Part shown: positions 10,601 through 19,947 of the stretch, in pieces
How positions within the stretch are numbered: the stretch's first letter is position 1
Layout: each line of letters opens with the position of its first letter
Assembly: GCA_002269645.1 (NCBI GenBank)
Contig: NIVC01000486.1
Span: 124,001 to 188,000 of the forward strand
Source: Macrostomum lignano
Lineage: Eukaryota
Reading direction: 5' to 3'
DNA: 64,000 bases
Notes under the pieces: generated by a model
The model's input: only the letters and a program-made list of their open reading frames with translations
The model's database searches: none
Told to the model about the DNA's origin: nothing
Position numbers and translations under genes: made by a program

Positions 10601-13600
10601 TCTCCACCCAGCTGTGGCCGGCCTGCAGAGCTGACTGGTCGGACGAGAAATTGACACCACGCCTGAACCAAATTCGGCCAGTGTTGGTCACCGCCCACAT
10701 CGATCTGACACCGTGGCTCACCTGGGCAGGAAGCGGGGAGTGCCGATTAGCACAGCGCTCTGAGCTGCATTATCTCCTACGAATTTACCCTCTATCCTAT
10801 GAATTTACCCTCTATCCTACGAATTTACCCTCTATCCTACAAATTTACCCTCTATCCTACGAATTTACCCTCTATCCTACGAATTCACCCTCTATCCTAC
10901 GAATTTACCCACTCTATTATGAATTTACCCTGTATCCAACGAATTTACCCTCTATCCTATGAATCTAGCCTGTTTTCCTTACATGTAGGAATCAATAAGT
11001 CATAAATTTCTCTCACTGAGCTCACTGACCTGCAAAATCCGCTCCCTGGTAGACAGATTCTTAGGCGGCTGCACGCACATCCAGTCGGCTCCGGTGACGC
11101 ACTGCCAGGTGATGCCAGTTCTCACGTACACTCCGCCAGTGTCAGTCACTGTCAGCACTGAGCCTAGCGGGCCAACCGATACGCCAGTCACCTGCTCCGT
11201 GTTGCTTGGCGGGCTGACAAGCCACCAGGACAGGCCTTCGGGGCACAGCCTGTCAACGCCTGATAAGCGACGATGGAAGATGGAGATGAAGGGCGATTCT
11301 TGGAGAAGATGGAGGGCGATTCTTGGAGACTCTGGCAGGAGATTCTTAGAGAATCTGGCAGGAGATTCTTAGAGAATCTGGAGCGCGATTCTTAGAGAAT
11401 CTGGAGGGAGATTCTTGGAGAATCGGGAGGGCGACTTTTGGAGATTCTGGCGGGAGATTCTTAGAGAATCTGGAGGGAGATTCTTAGAGAATCTGGAGGG
11501 AGATTCTTAGAGAATCTGGAGGGCGATTCTTGGAGAATCTGGAGGGAGATTCTTGGAGAATCTGGCAGGAGATTCTTGGAGAATCTGGCAGGAGATTCTT
11601 GGAGAATCTGGAGGGAGATTCTTGGAGAATCTGGAGGGAGATTTTTTGAGAATCTGGCGGGAGATTCTTAGAGAATCTGGAGGGCGATTCTTGGAGAATC
11701 TGGAGGGCGACTTTTGGAGATTCTGGCGGGAGATTCTTAGAGAAGCCGCAGGGCGATATGCGATGGCTCACCAGTCCGATAGACCAACTGCCCCTTGACG
11801 GTGACCGCCCACAGAGCCAAATAGCCGTCGTTTTGGTGCGGCATCCACTGGCCGCCGACGCTGACCTCGCGAAACGGATCGTCCGTGGGGAACTGCGACG
11901 ATGGCGCCGGGATGAGCAGCCACCGGTCTGTCGCTGAGAAATACCTTCATGGCCAGGTGATGGATAATAAGGGAGGCTGGCTATGGGACTAAATTCTGAA
12001 AAATAGGTGCCCATTCCTACCTATGCCGCAGCCAGCGCCGCTTTCGCACAAAAGCGATTCGTTTTTCAGGCGCGAACGCTTTATTAAAGTCCAGCGCGTA
12101 CTGCCAGCCCAGCTTGTCGGTGGCCGGGCCGGCCTCTTCCAGGTGCCAGTCGTCTTCCCAGGTCCAGCGGGACGATGGAGGCCGGACTGAGCGAAGAGAC
12201 ACGGGCTTGTAGTAGGCGCTCTGCCTCACCTGCGGTGGATTAAATGATGGATTATCATTTCCTTAGCGTTAAGATTTTCCAGAGAAAGATAATAGCATTT
12301 GTCAGGTGCAGTTTGTGAGCGATTCCCAGATGCAGTTTGTGAGCCATTCTCAGATGCAGTTTGTGAGAGATTCTCAGGTGCAGTTTGTGAGAGATTCTCA
12401 GATGCAGTTTGTGAGCGATTCCCAGATGCAGTTTGTGAGCCATTCTCAGGTGCTGTTTGTGAGCGATTCCCAGATGCAGTTTGTGAGAGATTCTCAGATG
12501 CAGTTTGTGAGAGATTCTCAGATGCAGTTTGTGAGAGATTCTCAGATGCACTTTGTGAGAGATTCTCAGATTCAGTTTGTGAGAGATTCTCAGATGCAGT
12601 TTGTGAGAGATTCTCAGATGCAGTTTGTGAGAGATTCTCAGATGCAGTTTGTGAGAGATTCTCAGATGCAGTTTGTGAGCGATTCTCAGATGCAGTTTGT
12701 GAGAGATTCTCAGATGCAGTTTGTGAGAGATTCTCAGATGCAGTTTGTGAGCCATTCTCAGGTGCAGTTTGTGAGCGATTCCCAGATGCAGTTTGTGAGC
12801 GATTCTCAGATGCAGTTTGTGAGAGATTCTCAGATGCAGTTTGTGAGAGATTCTCAGATGCAGTTTGTGAGAGATTCTCAGATGCAGTTTGTGAGAGATT
12901 CTCAGAGCCAGTTTGTGAGAGATTCTCAGATGCAGTTTGTGAGAGATTCTCAGATGCAGTTTGTGAGAGATTCTCAGATGCAGTTTGTGAGAGATTCTCA
13001 GATGCATTTTGTGAGAGATTCTCAGATGCAGTTTGTGAGCGATTCTCAGATGCAGTTTGTGAGAGATTCTCAGATGCAGTTTGTGAGAGATTCTCAGATG
13101 CAGTTTGTGAGAGATTCTCAGATGCAGTTTGTGAGCCATTCTCAGATGCTGTTTGTGAGAGATTCTCAGATGCAGTTTGTGAGAGATTCTCAGATGCAGT
13201 TTGTGAGAGATTCTCAGGTGCAGTTTGTGAGAGATTCCCAGATGCAGTTTGTGAGCGATTCTCAGATGCAGTTTGTGAGAGATTCTCAGATGCAGTTTGT
13301 GAGAGATTCCCAGATGCAGTTTGTGAGAGATTCCCAGATGCAGTTTGTGAGCGATTCTCAGATGCAGTTTGTGAGAGATTCTCAGATGCAGTTTGTGAGA
13401 GATTCTCAGAGCCAGTTTGTGAGAGATTCTCAGATGCACTTTGTGAGAGATTCTCAGATGCAGTTTGTGAGAGATTCTCAGATGCAGTTTGTGAGAGATT
13501 CTCAGATGCAGTTTGTGAGAGATTCTCAGATGCAGTTTGTGAGAGATTCTCAGATGCAGTTTGTGAGAGATTCTCAGATGCAGTTTGTGAGAGATTCCCA

Positions 13601-14329
13601 GATGCAGTTTGTGAGCGATTCTCAGATGCAGTTTGTGAGCGATTCTCAGATGCAGTTTGTGAGAGATTCTCAGATGCAGTTTGTGAGCGATTCTCAGATG
13701 CAGTTTGTGAGCGATTCTCAGATGCAGTTTGTGAGCGATTCTCAGATGCAGTTTGTGAGAGATTCTCAGATGCAGTTTGTGAGAGATTCTCAGATGCAGT
13801 TTGTGAGAGATTCTCAGATGCAGTTTGTGAGAGATTCTCAGATGCAGTTTGTGAGAGATTCTCAGATGCAGTTTGTGAGAGATTCTCAGATGCAGTTTGT
13901 GAGAGATTCTCAGATGCAGTTTGTGAGCGATTCTCAGATGCAGTTTGTGAGAGATTTTCAGAGCCAGTTTGTGAGAGATTCTCAGAGCCAGTTTGATGGG
14001 ACAGCACTTCCATTTACCTGCAGAGCAAAATGCGGCGGATCATTATTCAATAATTTGGCGCCAGAGAAGCCGCCAATAGGCGAATAGCGCTCGTGCTCAA
14101 CAACGGATTCCTGGTAGCGGATTTTCATATCGCTGCTCAGCACCATCAGGAAGAGCTGCTGGTCATTGCCGATGGCCCACAGGCACCAGCTGGCCGGGGC
14201 CAGGCGCTTGAAATGGCGCAGTTTCGACTGTCCGGAGCTGACGGGCTGCCATTCGCTGCTTGAAGAACTGATGCTGAACACCCGACCGGCCAGGTCAAGG
14301 GCGTATAGGCTGCCGCTGCCGCAGGCCAT
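4671..14329 (-). CDS. TECPR1: Tectonin beta-propeller repeat protein 1 (5' 8 exons: 14329-14018, 12229-12021, 11944-11772, 11259-11030, 10721-10557, 9684-9480, 8902-8355, 4958-4671); continues beyond window start
   Basis: Phase-consistent GT-AG exons encode TECPR repeats (LYALDLAGRVF, LWAVTVKGQLVYRTG, WAVTNTGRIWFRRG), a dysferlin domain (WTWEDDWH...GWQYALDF...VRKRRWLR) and the start of a PH-like domain. No stop is reached inside the window. Confidence 0.85.
5033..5225. mobile_element. 193-bp MITE, Harbinger/Tourist-like
   Basis: 19-bp perfect TIR GGGCCGTATGCAGAAAGCT; flanks TAA / TAG. Confidence 0.8.
5446..6478 (-). mobile_element. Non-autonomous P-element-like DNA transposon
   Basis: Perfect 32-bp TIR CACAGATTCTATAAACACTAGATGGCTCACTC; 8-bp TSD GTCCAGAC (5438-5445 and 6479-6486); internal THAP relic. 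Confidence 0.85.
5938..6213 (-). pseudogene. THAP zinc-finger (C2CH) relic
   Basis: MN*KICCAAGCKN...IKLHRFPQD...RW...LKVCSDHFVEEAY: THAP signature with an in-frame stop at codon 3. Not in the ORF track. Confidence 0.8.
6641..6770 (+). mobile_element. tRNA-derived SINE with CORE-like body
   Basis: A box TAGCCCAGTGG, B box GGTTCGATTCC, then gtgttcttgagcaagacacttaactctgcatcgcttcagt. Confidence 0.7.
8010..8290. repeat. ~29-bp purine-rich minisatellite in TECPR1 intron
   Basis: agagggaggaaccgagggtagaggggagt units. Confidence 0.85.
9118..9270 (+). mobile_element. tRNA-derived SINE, same family as 6641
   Basis: TAGCCTAGTGG...GGTTCGATTCTCGACCC...gtgtccttgagcaagatcattaac...cttcagtttactcagc. Confidence 0.75.
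9885..10300 (+). repeat. Interspersed element with ~80-bp internal tandem (4 copies) plus shared 3' flank
   Basis: Unit ttggctgagccagattgggcctgccccctaggctgagtttc...; same family at 23385 and 39160. Confidence 0.8.
10790..10960. repeat. 20-bp intronic minisatellite
   Basis: gaatttaccctctatcctac units. Confidence 0.9.
11290..11750. repeat. 23-bp intronic minisatellite
   Basis: ttcttggagaatctggagggaga units. Confidence 0.9.
12300..13995. repeat. 24-bp minisatellite (~70 copies) filling TECPR1 intron 1
   Basis: cagatgcagtttgtgagagattct units. Confidence 0.97.
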
Positions 14330-14439
14330 GCCGCTGCTGCTAGTACTGCAACTACTGCTAGTAGCTTAGAGGGAAATGCTGCAATTTTAAAAGTAAATTT
14401 GAAATCATTTTCTTGGAATTCCGATAGTTTAGCCTCAGG

Positions 14440-15250
14440 GGCGATTCCTGGGGATGGTTTCAGGGGCGATTCTTTGGAATGGTTCAGGGGCGATTCTTTG
14501 GAATGTTTCACGGGCGATTTTTTGGAATGGTTCAGGGGCGATTCCTTGGAATGGTTCAGGGGCGATTCTTTAGAATGGTTCACGGGCGATTCTTTGGAAT
14601 GTTTCAGGGGCGATACTTTGGGATGGTTCACGGGCGATTTTTTGGAATGGTTCAGGGGCGATACTTTGGGATGGTTCACGGGCGATTTTTTGGAATGGTT
14701 CAGGGGCGATTCTTTGGAATGGTTCAGGGGCGATTCTTTAGAATGGTTCACGGGCGATTCTTTGGAATGGTTCAGGGGCGATTCTTTGGAATGGTTCAGG
14801 GGCGATTCTTTGGAATGGTTCACGGGCGCTTCTTTGGGATGGTTCACGGGCGCTTCTTCGGGATGGTTCAGAGGCGATTCCTTGGGATGGTTCAGGGGCG
14901 ATTCTTTGGAATGGTTCAGGGGCGATACTTTGGGATGGTTCACGGGCGATTTTTTGGAATGGTTCACGGGCGATTCTTTGGGATGGTTCACGGGCGATTC
15001 TTTGGGATGGTTCACGGGCGATTCTTTGGGATGGTTCACGGGCGATTCTTTGGGATGGTTCACGGGCGATTCTTTGGGATGGTTCAGGGGCGATTCTTTG
15101 GGATGGTTCAGGGGCGATTCTTTGGAATGGTTCAGGGGCGATTCTTTGGAATGGTTTACGGGCGATTCTTTGGAATGGTTCAGGGGCGATACTTTGGGAT
15201 GACTCAGAGGCAATTCTTTGGGATGGTTCACGGGCGATTCTCTGGAATGA
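14440..15250. repeat. 24-bp minisatellite upstream of the TECPR1 ATG
   Basis: ggttcacgggcgattctttgggat units. Confidence 0.95.
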
Positions 15251-15744
15251 TTTAAAGGTGTTTCTGCAAGTTCGAGAGGTACATAGACAAAGTAGAAAGT
15301 AAAAAGTAAATACAGAAACGAATAGGTGTTCTACGGATAAGCTAAAGTGGCCTAGAAAGTTATTTAACGTTATTTCTGTATTTATTTCCGTCTTAAACGC
15401 ACAAGACAGCTGGGATCAGAATGAGCATTACAGTGTAATAATTCTATTACGATTTCTGGGCTAGGCAAAACAGAAAGGTAAAAATCTGCAGTTCATTTAC
15501 AACCGGCTGCTAGAGAGTTCGAGTGCAGATAGTGACGCTAAAAGGAGTTATTAAAGTTATACTCTGCAGGTTGTCTGTAGCTACAAAACACTTCGGATAT
15601 TTTATTTCTAATGATAAGGAAAGTAGACACAACATATACTACTGATGTCAATATAGTAGTTAAATAGTAAAATCACAATATCATAGACGAGCTCTGCTAG
15701 CTGGCGAGAGAATTCGGCAAAAACTGAGGCGGCGAGGGTGGTGA

Positions 15745-16640
15745 TGGCCCAGCAACTGAGGATCTTGGAGGCTGGCACAGCAACTGAGGATCTGGGAGGC
15801 TGGCCCAGCAACTGAGGATCTGGGAGGCTGGCCCAGCAACTGAGGATCTGGGAGGCTGGCACAGCAACTGAGGATCTGGGAGGCTGGCCCAACAACTAGG
15901 GATCTGGGAGGCTGGTCCCGTAACTGAGGATCTGGGAGGCTGGCACAGCAACTGAGGATCTGGGAGGCTGGCGCAGCAACTGAGGATCTGGGAGGCTGGC
16001 CCAGCAACTGAGGATCTGGGAGGCTGGCCCAGCAACTGAGGATCTGGGAGGCTGGCCCAGCAACTGAGGATCTGGGAAGCTGGCCCAGCAACTGAGGATC
16101 TGGGAGGCTGGCACAGCAACTGAGGATCTGGGAGGCTGGCCCAGCAACTGAGGATCTGGGGGGCTGGCCCAGAAACTGAGGATCTGGGGGGCTGGCCCAG
16201 CAACTGACACTCTGGGAGGCTGGACCAGCAACTGGGGATCCGAGAGGCTGGCCCAGCAACTGGGGATCCGAGAGGCTGGCCCAGCAACTGGGGATCCGAG
16301 AGGCTGGCCCAGCAACTGGGGATCCGAGAGGCTGGCCCAGCAACTGGGGATCCGAGAGGCTGGCCCAGCAACTGGGGATCCGAGAGGCTGGCCCAGCAAC
16401 TGGGGATCCGAGAGGCTGGCCCAGCAACTGGGGATCCGGGAGGCTGGCCCAGCAACTGGGGATCCGAGAGGCTGGCCCAGCAACTGGGGATCCGAGAGGC
16501 TGGCCCAGCAACTGGGGATCCGAGAGGCTGGCCCAGCAACTGGGGATCCGAGAGGCTGGCCCAGCAACTGGGGATCCGAGAGGCTGGCCCAGCAACTGGG
16601 GATCCGAGAGGCTGGCCCAGCAACTGGGGATCTGGGAGGA
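15745..16640 (-). repeat. 28-bp dispersed minisatellite, array 1
   Basis: Reverse complement of gctgggccagcctcccagatcctcagtt; also at 43365 and 52475. Confidence 0.95.
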
Positions 16641-17022
16641 GGCGGGCGAGAATAAGAATCTTGCATTAGTTCAGTACAAGTTAGCAGGCATGGCAGCTCT
16701 AACACTATATTAGCAATACAATACTTGCATAAGTGTGATCTCGAACGTGAAGCAACACACTAGCAAAAACAGTGCCAGCGCTAATGGATGACGCGGCAAT
16801 CGGTTAGAAATAGATTTCGATTACACAGGCAATTGCTGAAAGCCTTCAGTATCGAAAATTATCCGTTTTCCAACTGATAGCTGCTATTTAAAGATTCAAA
16901 CAGAGAGCTGCGCTACTATGAGTAGCATAGAAAAACAATCGATGAGAATTACAACACGCTAGCTAGTTTAGCTCAGAAACACACGCTATGTTAAACAGGT
17001 CAGGCTGCGGCAGTTCAGACTG

Positions 17023-19108
17023 TCAGGCGGAGGCGGCAAGACCGACAAGGAGCGGATGATCGACTGGCGCATTGGTGAACAGGGCGCCAACGAACACCCT
17101 GGCGCCCCAGGCGGCGTGCATGATCACTTTGCAGCAGCCGAGGTCCTCGATATCGAAGCCGAGGCTTCTGTACCGTTCGTCAGTTTCGAATAGGGTGTCC
17201 GTACCGCCACTTGATTCCATCGGCCGGCCGGAGGTTGGGTCGATGAAATCGCACCTGAGGGTTGCGAGTTTAAGTGATGTTATAATGGACTGATTGACTT
17301 GGTGATGGAGATGGGAGATAGATAATGGAGATGGGAGATAGATCATGGAGATGGGAGATAAATCATGGAGGTGGGAAATAGATCATGGAGATGGGAGATA
17401 CATCATTGAGATGGGAGATAAACCATGGATATTGGAGATAGATCATGGAGATTGGAGATAGATCATGGAGATTGGAGATAGATAATGGAGATGGGAGATA
17501 AACCATGGATATTGGAGATAGATCATGGAGATTGGAGATAGATAATGGAGATGGGAGATAAACCATGGATATTGGAGATAGATCATGGAGATTGGAGATA
17601 GATAATGGAGATGGGAGATAGACCATGGATATTGGAGATAGATCATGGAGATTGGAGATAGATAATGGAGATGGGAGATAGACCATGGATATTGGAGATA
17701 GATCATGGAGATTGGAGATAGATAATGGAGATGGGAGATAGACCATGGATATTGGAGATAGATCATGGAGATTGGAGATAGATAATGGAGATGGGAGATA
17801 AACCATGGATATTGGAGATAGATCATGGAGATTGGAGATAGATCATGGAGGTGGGAGATAGATCATGGAGATGGGATATAGACTATGGAGATGGGAGATA
17901 CATCATTGAGATGGGAGATAGACCATGGATATTGGAGATAGATCATGGAGATTGGAGATAGATAATGGAGATGGGAGATAGACCATGGAGATGGGAGATA
18001 GATAATGGAGACAGAGATTGAGTATGGAGATTGGAGATAGATCATGGAGATGGGAGATAAACCATGGAGATGGGATGAGAGGGAAGCAGGGTAGATACTG
18101 GAGTATAAAATGGTTTTGAGAAGGTCGCGACCCCGGCACCGCTGCCAGACTTGCCAGTATCCGGCAGCCCGCAGTCGGCGGCACAGGTGAGCAGCCGCCG
18201 CAACAAACTGTTCGGTGAGCTCCTCCCGTTCCTCTTGCACCTGAGTAGACCAGCCGCTCATGTCGTTGCGAGTCCGATGGGCCAAGGTGATGACGTTCAT
18301 CGAGCTGGACACCGGCGCCTCGGCGCCGAGCAAGGAGACCAGATCGCGGCGCAGCTGGTTGGGGCAGGGCCTGATGGAAAAGTGCAGAGTGCGAGACTTT
18401 AACAGTGCCTAATGAAGTTCATGTATCTTCACAAAAAACTTTATGTTTCCCCTATCCCAGCTGATCCCATCTCGTTATTCCCCTCTTCTAGCTGATCCCA
18501 TCTCATTTATTCCCTTCTTCTAGTTGTTCCCATCTCGTTTATTCCCCTCTTCTAGCTGATCCCATCTCATTTATTCCCCTCTTCTAGCTGATCCCATCTC
18601 ATTTATTCCCTTCTTCTAGCTGATCCCATCTCATTTATTCCCCTCCTAGCTGATCCGATCTGATTATTTATTCCCCTCTCCTAGCTGATCCCATCTCATT
18701 TATTCCCCTCTCCTAGCTGATCCCATCTCATTAATTCCCCTCTTCTAGCTGATCCCATCTCATTTATTCCACTATCGCAGCTTATCCCATCACCTCTAAG
18801 CCAAATTCTCACCTAGCAGTGAGCTCAAGAGTCCCGTCGCCAGCCGAAGCAGTCTGCGTCTGCCTGGCCGCAGAGGCAGCGGACACCGGATCCAAGCCAG
18901 CCGCGGCAGCCGGAGCAACAGTTCCCGGCAGTGGGCAGCGCGGCAGAGCCGGCTGCTCGGCCAGCGGTCCGAGGCGCTGGTTCTGCTGCTGCTGGCTGGA
19001 CACCGCGGCAGCGGCGCTGACGCTTGGCGCAGAGGCCTGCTGGCCGACTCGGCGAAGGAGGGCGGCGTAGCCGGGAAGGCGGGCGGTGAGCTGGCGACTT
19101 GGCTGCAT
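17023..19108 (-). CDS. MMADHC: Cobalamin trafficking protein CblD (exons 19108-18813, 18370-18155, 17254-17023; 247 aa)
   Basis: LPGYAALLRRV N-terminus, RCPLPG, NDMSGWSTQVQEEREEL, GYWCDFIDPTSG, TLFETDERYRSLGFDIEDLGCCKVI; intron 2 needs a GC donor. Confidence 0.88.
17305..18075. repeat. 20-bp minisatellite with 60-bp higher-order period in MMADHC intron 2
   Basis: ggagatagatcatggagatt and two variants alternate in triplets. Confidence 0.92.
18455..18790. repeat. ~32-bp minisatellite in MMADHC intron 1
   Basis: ctagctgatcccatctcatttattcccctctt units. Confidence 0.9.
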
Positions 19109-19189
19109 GATTGAGCTGCTGCTGTCAGTGGGGTGGCCTGTCTGTAGCATGAATGAGTTGGCTGTTGTGCTGTGGCTCTGGGTGTGCAC

Positions 19190-19600
19190 TGATTGGGGTG
19201 GGTGTGCACTATGATTGGGGTGGGTGTGCACTATGATTGTGATGGGTATGCTTTATGATTGGGGTAGGTGTGCTCAGATTGAGGTGGGTGTGAAGTGATT
19301 AGGGTGGGTGTGCACTGATTTTTGTGGGTGTGCACTGATTGGGGTGGGTGTGCGCTGATTGGCGTGGGTGTGCACTATGATTGGGGTGGGTGTGCTCTAT
19401 GATTTTGGTGGGTATGCTCTATGATTAGGGGGGTGTGCACTGGTTGGGGTAGGTGTGAAGTGATTGGGGTGGGTGTGCACTGATTGGGGTAGGTGTGAAG
19501 TGATTGGGGTGGGTGTGAAGTGATTGGGGTGGGTGTGCACTGATTTTGGTGGGTGTGCGCTGATTGGGTGGGTGTGCTGATTGGGGTGGGTGTGCTCTAT
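19190..19600. repeat. 19-21-bp G-rich minisatellite upstream of the MMADHC ATG
   Basis: gattggggtgggtgtgcact units. Confidence 0.9.
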
Positions 19601-19947
19601 TAGGTCTAATCTAAATATGATCAATATATTGGGCGCCCTAATATTGGCCCTAATATTGAAATGTGACAAAAACTTATCTCGATCCATGATGCCGAGAAAT
19701 TAAGACAAGCGAATATTTATATTCCAAACGAGCTAGCATGCGCAGAGACACATTATGCATATATACAGACAATTAAATATCGCTACTGCAGGTAAATCAA
19801 ACTACACGCAACACAACAAACACGAGCCACGACCCAATACGTAAATATCGAAATTGCATTTAGAAGTTTAATTAAATGCACAAAAAATGCGCATCAATCT
19901 ACTATGAGTAATATAAATTTACAATAAGACACAGCAAAGGATATTTT

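Noticed and set aside
12226-14087. 400-600-aa ORFs on both strands
   Set aside because: Translations of a stop-free 24-bp intronic array.
14146-15255. Repetitive ORFs (NHSKESP, WFRGDSL)
   Set aside because: 24-bp minisatellite read-through; TECPR1 homology starts at 14329.
15608-16705. LLGQPPRSSVAGPASQ repeat proteins (also 43361-44295 and 52476-53044)
   Set aside because: 28-bp satellite cycling through three frames; no coding signature.
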